Source of the DNA: Candidatus Heimdallarchaeota archaeon
Lineage (GTDB): Archaea; Asgardarchaeota; Heimdallarchaeia; Heimdallarchaeales; Heimdallarchaeaceae
Reading direction: 5' to 3'
Length of the DNA: 64,000 nt
Assembly (NCBI GenBank): GCA_019057375.1
Contig: DXJF01000097.1
Span: forward strand, 22,313-86,312
Shown: piece by piece, positions 1 to 9,160 of the stretch
Layout of the letters: every line of letters begins with the position of its first letter
Numbering within the stretch: the first letter of the stretch is position 1
The notes under the pieces: model-generated
Told to the model about the DNA's origin: nothing
The model's database searches: none
Seen by the model: the letters and a program-made list of their open reading frames with translations, nothing else
Translations under genes and position numbers: made by a program

Positions 1-67
1 AAAGGTCCTGAAACTTCAATGACTGTTTTAAATTCTCTAGTTTCATATTTTTCTTGAACTGTCATTT

Positions 68-1855
68 TTAATCCTCCACACCAAAGGCTTGAATAGTCAA
101 ACCATCTATTTCCTTCATCAACTCGTTTAAGCTTGTTTCAATTTCACTTCTTTCAATGTATTTCATTCTTGCAATTCTAACAACTAATTCGTGCTCAAAA
201 ATGTCTGACACAATCGCCCCTCGTCTGTAGAGGTCTTGAGCTTTTTCGTAAAATCGTAGAATTGTTTTCAACATAAGATATTGTTTCTCCAAGCTGCAGA
301 AACTATCTGTTTCATGAAATGCATTTTGCTGTAAGAAGTCTTCCTTAAGCATTCTTGCTGTTTCAAGAATAATCTTTTCACTTGGAGGTAAAGCATCAGG
401 TCCAACCAGAGCAACAATATCTTGCAACTCCTTATCCTTTTGGAGAAGTGCTAAAGCCTCCGCACGTAATTCGGGAAATTCGGGACTAACATTATCCGAA
501 TAATACTCTTCTAAAGCTGACCAATAAAGAGTATAACTTAGTAAGTAATCAATAGCAGGAAAATGTCTGCGGCTAGCTAAATCTTTCGAAAGTGCCCAGA
601 ATACTTTAACAATTCTTAGTGTGTTCTGTGTAACTGGTTCGCTAAAATCTCCACCAGGAGGACTAATTGCGCCAACTACAGAAATACTTGCTTCTCTTGG
701 TTTAGAACCAATTGTTAAAACACGACCTGCTCTTTCATAATATTCAGCGATTCTTGAAGCAAGATATGCTGGAAATGATTCTTCACCGGGCATTTCTTCT
801 AAACGTCCTGAGATTTCTCTCATAGCTTCTGCCCATCTTGATGTGCTGTCAGCCATCATTGCCACATCGTAACCCATGTCACGGAAGAACTCTGCCAGTG
901 TGATACCTGTATAGACACTCGCTTCTCGAGCAGCTACAGGCATATTGGATGTATTAGCGATCAGTACTGTACGATCCATCAAAGGCCCTCCTGTATATGG
1001 ATCCACAAGTTTTGGAAACTCTCTGAGGACATCAGTCATCTCATTTCCTCGCTCACCACAACCAACATAAACCACAATTTTAGCATCAGACCATTTTGCT
1101 AATTGGTGTTGACTGACAGTTTTACCTGTTCCAAACCCACCAGGAATCGCTCCTGTTCCACCCTTAGCTATAGGAGCTATTGTATCGAAGATTCTCTGTC
1201 CTGTTATTAAGGGAACATTAGAAGGTAATCTCTGATGATATGGTCTTGGTTTTCTTACTGGCCATCTGTGATAGAATTGTAAATCAACTTTATCGCCTGC
1301 TGGCGTAATGACTGTTGCTGATAAATCATCTACAGTATAATCTCCTCTTTGTGCAATGAATTCTAATTTTCCCTGAATATTCGGAGGAACCATCAACTTG
1401 AAATCTACAGTTGGAGTTTCTGGAATCTCACCCAGAATATCTCCTCCAACGACCTTATCTCCTACTTTTAGATTAGGTGCAAAATCCCATAATTTCTTGT
1501 GATCTAAACCAGGTATTTCAATTCCTCTGGCAATAAAGTCACCAGCGACTTCTCGAATTACTGGTAATGGTCTTTGAATTCCATCAAAAATTTGTCTCAT
1601 TAAACCTGGTCCAAGTTCAACAGAAAGAGGAGCATTTGTTAAATAAACTGGTTCTCCAGGAGTTAATCCCTCAGTATTTTCATAAACTTGAATCGTTGCT
1701 AAATCGCCAGTAAGTCTAATAATTTCTCCTACTAGCTTTTCCTCACCTACTCTTGCTACATCGTATAGCTTAGAGCCTAGCATATTAGAAGCTTGAACGA
1801 CTGGTCCAGAGATTCTATCTATTAAACCGATTTGTTCAGTATTAGCCGTAGTCAT
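68..1855 (-). CDS. atpA: A/V-type ATP synthase subunit A
   Basis: P-loop [16 protein letters not shown] and DSTSRWAEA motifs; 595 aa, no intein. Confidence 0.98.
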   Translation of the reverse strand: MTTANTEQIGLIDRISGPVVQASNMLGSKLYDVARVGEEKLVGEIIRLTGDLATIQVYENTEGLTPGEPVYLTNAPLSVELGPGLMRQIFDGIQRPLPVIREVAGDFIARGIEIPGLDHKKLWDFAPNLKVGDKVVGGDILGEIPETPTVDFKLMVPPNIQGKLEFIAQRGDYTVDDLSATVITPAGDKVDLQFYHRWPVRKPRPYHQRLPSNVPLITGQRIFDTIAPIAKGGTGAIPGGFGTGKTVSQHQLAKWSDAKIVVYVGCGERGNEMTDVLREFPKLVDPYTGGPLMDRTVLIANTSNMPVAAREASVYTGITLAEFFRDMGYDVAMMADSTSRWAEAMREISGRLEEMPGEESFPAYLASRIAEYYERAGRVLTIGSKPREASISVVGAISPPGGDFSEPVTQNTLRIVKVFWALSKDLASRRHFPAIDYLLSYTLYWSALEEYYSDNVSPEFPELRAEALALLQKDKELQDIVALVGPDALPPSEKIILETARMLKEDFLQQNAFHETDSFCSLEKQYLMLKTILRFYEKAQDLYRRGAIVSDIFEHELVVRIARMKYIERSEIETSLNELMKEIDGLTIQAFGVED

Positions 1856-1986
1856 TATTTATACTCTCTCTTCACTACCCAACTTAATGATTTCTTTTTT
1901 AAGTTTTGTTAAATCTCTCTCTTTTTGCTGAATAAGTCCCCTTACTTAAAAAAAAGCGATAAAACTATAGTATACTCTTTCTAAAT

Positions 1987-3354
1987 TTATTGTTGATATT
2001 TTTGTATTGCTTTAGCAACCAACTTTAAGCTATCTTGCAATAAAATTTCCACTTTTTCCTTGCTCTTGGCTTCCACAAAGATTCTGAAAATTGGTTCTGT
2101 TCCAGAAGGTCTTATCAGAATCCAACTGTCAGAAAATATGAGTTTGACACCATCAATTAAGATAACTTCATCAGCTTGAACATTAGTTTTGATATCTTCC
2201 ATTACTAGTTCTTTCAGATTATTCGAACATTTGATTTTTTCTTTAGCTTGATAGTATTGAGGTAATTCAGATATTAAATCACTCAGTGTACTTTGGGATT
2301 CAGCTAAAATATTTCCCATCAAAGCTGCTGCCATCATTCCATCCCTAACACTTTGATGGGGTGCATAAAACAACCCTCCATTTTCCTCTCCTCCTAGAAT
2401 ACAATTATTTGCAATCATTTTTCGGCTTACATAGATACATCCAACAGGTGTCCAAGTAACTGATCCACCAAGATCTTCTGCGATATCAACAACAGCTGAA
2501 GAAGAACTGACAGGGGTAACAAATTGTTTGTTATCAGAATTTTGTAATATCCATCTTTCAAAAAGAGCAATTGATTTATCCCCAAAGTAGATTTTTCCCC
2601 TTTCATCCCCAAATATTGCGCGATCTGCATCTCCATCATGTCCTACAGAAAAATCAGCTTTAACTTGATTGGCAGCATACCCCATCACTCTAAGTTTCCT
2701 TGGATCTGGTTCCACACCTCTTCCTGGGAATTTGCCATCGAGCTGACAATTAACTGAAACAACCCTTATTCCAAGATTCCTTAATACGTAAGGTGTAACT
2801 AAGCTTCCTACAGCGTTTCCTCCATCAACAACAGCAGTAAGTTTCTTTTTTTGTATTAGATCAACATCTACAAACCCAATAATTTGGTTTATGTATTCAG
2901 GTATTAAATTCATTTTTGTTATGTTTTTGTTCGTCTCAGTTTTTCCATCTTGATAGGTTTCAGCTTCATAGGTTTCTTCTATTCCCTTCTGTTTTACTAT
3001 GTCAATCTCTATTCCGTCTGAATCTATTACCTTGAGACCATTAAATTCTGGAGGATTGTGGCTAGCCGTTACCACTATACCCATTTTTGCGTGTAAATAG
3101 GGGACCGCAAACTGCACTAATGGAGTTGGTACTATTCCCAAATCTATAACTTCTATTCCTTGTGCTAAGAAACTGGAAATAACAATTTCTTTGAGAGAAT
3201 GACTAGTTAACCTCGAATCGGAACCAATCACCATTGTACCCTTATTTAGCATATACGAAGCAATGGCTGAACTTATTCTGGAAACAAAATCAGGAGTAAT
3301 TAATTCACCCACTACACCTCTAATCCCGTTTGTGCCAAAATATTTTCTTTTCAT
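1987..3354 (-). CDS. glmM: Phosphoglucosamine mutase / phosphomannomutase family
   Basis: FGTNGIRG, TASHNP phosphoserine loop, DGDADR metal loop, RPSGTEP. Confidence 0.9.
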   Translation of the reverse strand: MKRKYFGTNGIRGVVGELITPDFVSRISSAIASYMLNKGTMVIGSDSRLTSHSLKEIVISSFLAQGIEVIDLGIVPTPLVQFAVPYLHAKMGIVVTASHNPPEFNGLKVIDSDGIEIDIVKQKGIEETYEAETYQDGKTETNKNITKMNLIPEYINQIIGFVDVDLIQKKKLTAVVDGGNAVGSLVTPYVLRNLGIRVVSVNCQLDGKFPGRGVEPDPRKLRVMGYAANQVKADFSVGHDGDADRAIFGDERGKIYFGDKSIALFERWILQNSDNKQFVTPVSSSSAVVDIAEDLGGSVTWTPVGCIYVSRKMIANNCILGGEENGGLFYAPHQSVRDGMMAAALMGNILAESQSTLSDLISELPQYYQAKEKIKCSNNLKELVMEDIKTNVQADEVILIDGVKLIFSDSWILIRPSGTEPIFRIFVEAKSKEKVEILLQDSLKLVAKAIQKYQQ

Positions 3355-3492
3355 TAGTCATCTATTAGTGTGTTGGAATAAATCTTTTTCGTCATATCGT
3401 CATATTATTTAAGATATCAAGGTGCAACAGAATCTTTTAAAAGAGTAATTTATGGTATTCATTTAACTGGACAATTTATCGTGGTAGGTACA

Positions 3493-3801
3493 ATGAGCGT
3501 TGAATTTCTAAAAAAAATAAGAAAAACAGAAAGAGATTGTGAAGGAAAAATCAAACAAACTGAAGCATCCAAACAAAATGCTATTTTAGAAGCAGAGAAA
3601 ACTTCTGTATTAAAGGTTCGAGATGCGGAAATTCAAGCTAAAGAAGAAGCTGAAAAAATTCTTTCTGGTGCTGAAGATAGAGTTGAAAAAGAATTTGCCT
3701 CAATGAATAAAAAATTTGAAGAAAATCAAAACAAATTCAATGAAAAGGCAAAACAAGTCGAGAAAAAAGCCATTGATGTAGTTCTCTCTGAAGTTTTATA
3801 A
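3493..3801 (+). CDS. atpH: A/V-type ATP synthase peripheral stalk subunit H (G-like)
   Basis: ~100 aa charged coiled coil (A/E/K-rich) directly upstream of subunit F; ATG at 3493 preferred. Confidence 0.65.
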   Translation: MSVEFLKKIRKTERDCEGKIKQTEASKQNAILEAEKTSVLKVRDAEIQAKEEAEKILSGAEDRVEKEFASMNKKFEENQNKFNEKAKQVEKKAIDVVLSEVL

Positions 3802-3821
3802 TTCTATAGAAAGTGATTTAC

Positions 3822-4151
3822 ATGAGTTCTCCAATAAGAAACAAAATAGTAAGCATTGGTGATGAAGAAACATCATTGGGTTTCAAATTATCTGGAATAT
3901 CCCAAGTATTTACAGAAGAACCCGAAAAAGCAGGATCACTTTTGAGAACGTTATCTGATGATCCTGAAATTGCTATTCTTATTATCACCGAAGAAGTAGC
4001 AAAAGCAAATGAAGCTATTTTAAGGAGAATAAAACTCAATCCCTATCCAGTTATTGTTGAAGTCCCAGGTAAGAAAGCACAGTATGAAGGTGCTGAAGAT
4101 AAGGTGCGAGCCTTAATCAAAATGGCTTTAGGTATCGATATTGAGATGTAA
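3822..4151 (+). CDS. atpF: A/V-type ATP synthase subunit F
   Basis: IGDEETSLGFKLSGI and P-x-IVEVP motifs. Confidence 0.93.
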   Translation: MSSPIRNKIVSIGDEETSLGFKLSGISQVFTEEPEKAGSLLRTLSDDPEIAILIITEEVAKANEAILRRIKLNPYPVIVEVPGKKAQYEGAEDKVRALIKMALGIDIEM

Positions 4152-4203
4152 TGGGAAAAGTCTTTAAGATTGTTATCTCTTCTTTCGGTTGGAGAATATT
4201 ACA

Positions 4204-4470
4204 ATGAATGATAAAATAATTGGTTTAGTGATGATTTTTGGTTCTCTGTCAATTGTTGGGTTTCTTTTATTTTGGACAATCTTAATGCCTATAATCTGGG
4301 AAGACCGACTTTTTGATGCTTATCTTGGATTAGCTATTACTGTTTTCATTATTATTTCAATTGCATTATTGTTCATTGCTTGGGTAGGAAGGATTTTTCT
4401 AAAAAATAGGGCACCCAAAGATGAAGTGTTTGATGAACAAATAGAAGAATATAAAAAAACAAATGATTAA
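4204..4470 (+). CDS. Small two-TM protein resembling eukaryotic DPM2
   Basis: D-x-x-x-GL...SL...W-x-IL-x-P first helix and AY...AI...LLF...LK second helix match DPM2 as recalled; 88 aa. Confidence 0.55.
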   Translation: MNDKIIGLVMIFGSLSIVGFLLFWTILMPIIWEDRLFDAYLGLAITVFIIISIALLFIAWVGRIFLKNRAPKDEVFDEQIEEYKKTND

Positions 4471-4485
4471 ATGAACGTGATTAAA

Positions 4486-4857
4486 ATGAGTGGAAGAAGA
4501 CCTATGTCTCCTCGAGATGCAAAAAGAATGCAAGCAAGGATGAGACAAATTGAACTAGAAGGAGTTGAAGAGGTCATTATACGTTTCGCTGATAAGGAAA
4601 CAGTGATTTACAGTCCAACAGTTATGAAAGCCTTTATTCCTGGTATGGTGGAATCAGATACATTCCAAATAGTTGGACCTGGAACAGATAGACCTAGAGG
4701 TACTGAAGAAGGTGTAGCAGCGGGAGTTAATTTCACTGATTCAGATGTTGAATTAGTAATGGCTCAAGCAGGTGTTTCAGAAGAAAAAGCACGAAAAGCA
4801 CTTGAAGAAGAAAATGGAGACTTAGCAGGAGCTATAGTCCGATTAAAAACCAAATAG
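4486..4857 (+). CDS. nac: Nascent polypeptide-associated complex protein (aNAC)
   Basis: NAC domain (VEEVIIR) plus C-terminal UBA (DVELVMAQAGVS...GDLAGAI). Confidence 0.93.
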   Translation: MSGRRPMSPRDAKRMQARMRQIELEGVEEVIIRFADKETVIYSPTVMKAFIPGMVESDTFQIVGPGTDRPRGTEEGVAAGVNFTDSDVELVMAQAGVSEEKARKALEEENGDLAGAIVRLKTK

Positions 4858-4864
4858 TAAGCTA

Positions 4865-5347
4865 CTACTTTTTTCCTATTCCTTTTCTGGTAGCTACCGC
4901 AACTCCAGATTTCATTTCTTTAATTAGTTTTCCAGGGATTTTTGCCGTACCAATACCTAAGAATTCTCCTTTTTGATTTGTAATAATAACTTCATCTTTA
5001 GCAGCAATATCCTCATCAACATCTACAACATGTTTAGAGAAAACAGTTTTACCATCTCTTACAAAGGGTTCTGCATCTTCATTTACAATAACTTTAAGAC
5101 CAAATTTATTTTTGTGAAGTATTTCTCCTCCTAGAATAGAAGGAACCAAAAATCCATCACGAACACGAAAAGAACAAATTCTCTCATCATTCCTGTAGAT
5201 GTATCTTATTCTATTAGTACCTCTTGATCTTTCCACCAGTATTTCTTCAGTAAATAACTTCTCTCCTGCACCTTTTCCAAATTGATAATCTGCAATACTC
5301 TGAATTTGTCTCAAATCAAAGGATGTAGGTTTTTCTAATTTCTGCAT
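4865..5347 (-). CDS. PUA-domain RNA-binding protein (archaeosine TGT C-terminal-like)
   Basis: IADYQFG, G-K-x-VFSKHV, DEV and GVAV-x-x-R PUA motifs. Confidence 0.85.
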   Translation of the reverse strand: MQKLEKPTSFDLRQIQSIADYQFGKGAGEKLFTEEILVERSRGTNRIRYIYRNDERICSFRVRDGFLVPSILGGEILHKNKFGLKVIVNEDAEPFVRDGKTVFSKHVVDVDEDIAAKDEVIITNQKGEFLGIGTAKIPGKLIKEMKSGVAVATRKGIGKK

Positions 5348-5407
5348 ACGTAGGAAAACTAACCTTGCACATAATAAGAATTATCATAATTAAGAAAATC
5401 TGCTCTT

Positions 5408-5773
5408 TTAATCTTTACTTATCTCTTGAGCTTCATTAAATGAAATAGCAACTTGATCCCAATCCTTTAACATTTCTTCAAGAAACTTTTCTCCTTTTTC
5501 AGACAATTGAAAATATCTTCTAGTTCGACCATCAAAGATTTCATTTCTAACTGAGACCAAGCTTCTCTCCTTTAATCTAGTTAGAATATTGTAAATAGTT
5601 CCATCCGCTAAAGGAGGATCAGTTTGAGGTAATAATGAGCGGATAAGTTGTAAAATATCCCAACCATATCTCTCTTTCTGTAAAAGAACAAGGATGAGCA
5701 ACTCAAGAATACCTCTTGAAAGCTGTGCTCTCCATTTTTTTAACATTTCTTGAAATTGCTCTTCAGCAGACAT
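5408..5773 (-). CDS. PadR family transcriptional regulator
   Basis: RGILELLIL...YG...GTIY..L.RL...RRYF.L...G. Confidence 0.92.
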   Translation of the reverse strand: MSAEEQFQEMLKKWRAQLSRGILELLILVLLQKERYGWDILQLIRSLLPQTDPPLADGTIYNILTRLKERSLVSVRNEIFDGRTRRYFQLSEKGEKFLEEMLKDWDQVAISFNEAQEISKD

Positions 5774-7609
5774 TTAAGTATGCTCCGTTGGTTCTGCTTC
5801 TTTCTTCTGAAAAAGATTTTTTTGCTTCTTTATATCCTCCGATATTGGCCACTCCAAGAACAATGAAAAGGCTGTTAGGATAATTACAAGTAAATCAGTC
5901 CAATAAGGGAACCAAGCTACTGTTGCTCTCCATTGAACATCTATTGATAAACCTGTCAGTGGGAGATTATTAGGCGTACCTTCTGGCAAAGTATCCAGAG
6001 GTACAGGTCTTTCACACGTTAAGAGTAGATAAATTGGTTCTTCTGCATTGAACTTGATTGTTCTTCCCATGAATCTAGCAAGACCATAATTAGATGCGCA
6101 CAAAAACTCCTCTTCAGAGAGAGTTCCGTTCCAATGTTCGTAAGTTTTAGTTGCAGAAAATGCATACAAATCCCAAGTACAACTTCCGTTAAGACCATAA
6201 ACTTGAATGTAAACATTTCCTGCTTTTGGTATATAGAAAGTAATTTCTGAAGTAGCTAAATTATCTTCATTAAAATGTACTGATTCCCTAAAACGGATGG
6301 TGGGATGAGGACGGGAACTCAAAGTTGCAACAATAACAAGGAAGAGTAATAGAATGGCATACCACTTCTTTAGTAAACCTTTAACTCTGAATTGGGGAAG
6401 CAATTTTCTTCCGCTTCTTCTAATACTTATGTATCCGATAACAATCCAAGCAAGTAAAACGATAGAAATCATGAAATAACTAATAAGTATCGGACCTTCT
6501 ATATCAAATAGAGTTTTTCTAAAAGGTATTCCAAATATTATTTGTGTAATGTGATACCTTGGATAGAGACTCTTGTTTATCATTACAGTTGATAATTCTA
6601 TAAAATTGCTTAGTTGAAGTATAAGTGATCCTAATCCTAAGAACCATATTTTTCCTGAAATTCTACCACTCAGAATTAAATATAATCCAATTACTATTAT
6701 TACCATTCCAAAACCAAGTGAAGGAAGAACGAAACCTGTTAGTATTGTGAAAATTAGAACAAACGAATTTATATCTACTTTAGTAGTTTCATCAGAAAAT
6801 CTTGAAGAAATACCTCTTCTGTTCTTATTTCTTAAAGTATAGTAAACAGCTGTTATAATTAGGAAGATACCAACTAAAGACCATCGGATGATGAACTCAA
6901 TGATAATACCTCCAAGTCCATTTTCCCATGCATAGCTGAACCATTGTTTTTTTATTAGAAATGAAAGCAAAAATAATACCAACCAATTTAGAACTAGAAG
7001 CCAATATTCGATCAATATAACTGGAATGATTTTTCTTCTTGGATCATGTATTGGTAATCTGTTCTTTGAGGTTTTAAGTAACAAAGTAAGATATACATTT
7101 AGCCCTATGAATAAACCGAATAGCCCATAACCACTAGAGAAAATAGCAGTCACAGGAATATACCCATCTCGATGAAACAAGTCAAAAGCATATTCAAGAT
7201 AATTGTAAGTATTGTGAGATAATATTTCCCAAATGGGAGAGATAAAATATGAGGATACTATAAAAGATGGAACAATTAAAAGAGCAAATAGTCCAAGGAA
7301 CATTGCTATTTTCTGTATCTGAACACCTTGTTTTGAAGTATGCTCTCTATATTCCTCTCTAATAAATCTTGGTTCTCCAAAGTTTCTTTCTAGTTCATCA
7401 CTTGAACTAATCTTATTATCCAGCAAGTACTGATCTACACTAGCTGATATTTCAGATATTATCTTATTTACTTCTTCATTAGAAAACCCTTCAGAAACCA
7501 ATTCTTTTGTAAGTTTTGTTAGATATTTTATTTTAATCTCAGAGTTATTTTCTTGTTTATTTTGTTCTTTCTTTCTTATTTTCATTTTTATCCCTCTGAT
7601 AAACATCAA
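5774..7609 (-). CDS. Multi-pass membrane protein with N-terminal HAAS/DUF1700-like domain
   Basis: N-terminal YL..L...EEV..II.EI...FGEP..I motif, about 10-12 hydrophobic helices, PadR-adjacent. Confidence 0.6.
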   Translation of the reverse strand: MMFIRGIKMKIRKKEQNKQENNSEIKIKYLTKLTKELVSEGFSNEEVNKIISEISASVDQYLLDNKISSSDELERNFGEPRFIREEYREHTSKQGVQIQKIAMFLGLFALLIVPSFIVSSYFISPIWEILSHNTYNYLEYAFDLFHRDGYIPVTAIFSSGYGLFGLFIGLNVYLTLLLKTSKNRLPIHDPRRKIIPVILIEYWLLVLNWLVLFLLSFLIKKQWFSYAWENGLGGIIIEFIIRWSLVGIFLIITAVYYTLRNKNRRGISSRFSDETTKVDINSFVLIFTILTGFVLPSLGFGMVIIVIGLYLILSGRISGKIWFLGLGSLILQLSNFIELSTVMINKSLYPRYHITQIIFGIPFRKTLFDIEGPILISYFMISIVLLAWIVIGYISIRRSGRKLLPQFRVKGLLKKWYAILLLFLVIVATLSSRPHPTIRFRESVHFNEDNLATSEITFYIPKAGNVYIQVYGLNGSCTWDLYAFSATKTYEHWNGTLSEEEFLCASNYGLARFMGRTIKFNAEEPIYLLLTCERPVPLDTLPEGTPNNLPLTGLSIDVQWRATVAWFPYWTDLLVIILTAFSLFLEWPISEDIKKQKNLFQKKEAEPTEHT

Positions 7610-7710
7610 TGATGCTCTAAATATACATTTTAGTAAAAGGTATATATAACTTTTTCTGCAAAATCAAAGATATGACACAAAAAAACAAGCATTGATAGTT
7701 GAAAATTAAG

Positions 7711-8571
7711 TCAGTTGTTGACAAAAATATCAAAACAAACATGAATCAGACGAGGAGAGAATTTCTTTACTTTTCTTGTTTTTTTAATCTGAATATTCAA
7801 GTTAACGTTTTTAGCCAAGCTTTCAAGTTTCTTTCTTGTATATTCTAAATTTCCTCGTTCAACTAAATCATGATAATGAATCCAACCCTTTTCTTCTATA
7901 GCTTCCTGAGCTTTGTAAAATTGAGTCTCTTCAATTCCAAAGTAACCCATTAAAACTCTTGTTGCAACTCCTTTTGGTGTTTTGTTCATATTATCTCCAA
8001 GTATTGGAAAATATCTGTTTTTTACTCGATTTTCTTCTATATTTCTCGTCAGAAAATTGAATGCTTCTTTATTTATTTCTATTCCATAACACTGGATACT
8101 TGGTTTATTAACTAAAACAGGAAGAGATAGGTTGCCTATACAAGCAAACATGTCAACTATTACTTCATTATCTTCAATTGTATCAATAAGAAATCCTCTT
8201 TCCCCCTTATTCCCTGGTGAAAATGTAATCCTAGAAACATCAATGTTGAATATTGTATCATACTCTTTGTGTTTAGTAATTGTTCTTTTTTCGCCAGCAA
8301 GATGAATGATTTGAGGTTTACGATAGGCTGAATCAGTGGAAAATTGTTCTACAACAACATTTACTTGAGGATCAAGATAAATAACAGTCTCTCCTATGTC
8401 TTGTTTATATTCAGTTAATTCAGGATTTATATGTCTGAAAATTGCTATATCACCTATAATTGAGTATCCTGAAGGTAATTTATCCAATAGCTCACTATCA
8501 AGTTTATCTTCCAACAGGGTTTGCAATTGTTTCTTTAGTTTCATTAAATCTAATGAATCTTCCAACACCAA
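7711..8571 (-). CDS. taw2: Trm5/Taw2(TYW2) family SAM-dependent tRNA-modifying transferase
   Basis: YSIIGDIAI, FSPGN..ER, DMFACIG, RVLMGY, GWIHYH. Confidence 0.75.
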   Translation of the reverse strand: MVLEDSLDLMKLKKQLQTLLEDKLDSELLDKLPSGYSIIGDIAIFRHINPELTEYKQDIGETVIYLDPQVNVVVEQFSTDSAYRKPQIIHLAGEKRTITKHKEYDTIFNIDVSRITFSPGNKGERGFLIDTIEDNEVIVDMFACIGNLSLPVLVNKPSIQCYGIEINKEAFNFLTRNIEENRVKNRYFPILGDNMNKTPKGVATRVLMGYFGIEETQFYKAQEAIEEKGWIHYHDLVERGNLEYTRKKLESLAKNVNLNIQIKKTRKVKKFSPRLIHVCFDIFVNN

Positions 8572-8608
8572 TTTTTAATATTATCTCCCTTTCACTATTA
8601 CTAGGAAA

Positions 8609-9151
8609 ATGCTTATCGTTGCTAAACTCTATGATGAATACGCTTTGATAAATGATAAAGAAGGTAATTCTATCTATAGTCAAGGTTGGTTTGGAAAACA
8701 TACTAAATCCGGTAATGTTAAGCTCAGTCCATATGAGACTGTTCTATTGTTAGAAAGGAAAAAAATTGATGTAATCGACGAAAACGAATCTTCTTTACCT
8801 TTATCAGATGTAGTAGCGTATTTTTCAAATAAATTTCCAGATTTCTTGGTTCGTTTTTTGTTATACAAAGACCTAAGGAATAGAGGTTATGTAGTAAAAG
8901 AACACTCAGAAACTGGAAAATACTTTGAGTTATATGAGAGAGGAGCAACACCAAACAAAGCCAAACATCTGGCATTAGTTGTTACAATGGTAGAGGGCGT
9001 GCTGTTTGATATTGATGATATTGATCAAATTGTTTCTCAAGCAAAAGAAATCAGTAAACAGTTAATCTTCGCCGTTATAGATAGTTTAGGAGATGTTTCT
9101 TACTATAGTGTAAGTGAATTAGAATTCACAAAAATAGATATAGATGGTTAA
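8609..9151 (+). CDS. endA: tRNA splicing endonuclease subunit (divergent)
   Basis: LSPYE.VLL, YKDLRNRGYVVK, FELYERG, D..GDV.YY; GLK(F/Y)G motif missing. Confidence 0.8.
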   Translation: MLIVAKLYDEYALINDKEGNSIYSQGWFGKHTKSGNVKLSPYETVLLLERKKIDVIDENESSLPLSDVVAYFSNKFPDFLVRFLLYKDLRNRGYVVKEHSETGKYFELYERGATPNKAKHLALVVTMVEGVLFDIDDIDQIVSQAKEISKQLIFAVIDSLGDVSYYSVSELEFTKIDIDG

Positions 9152-9160
9152 GGTTTTATT

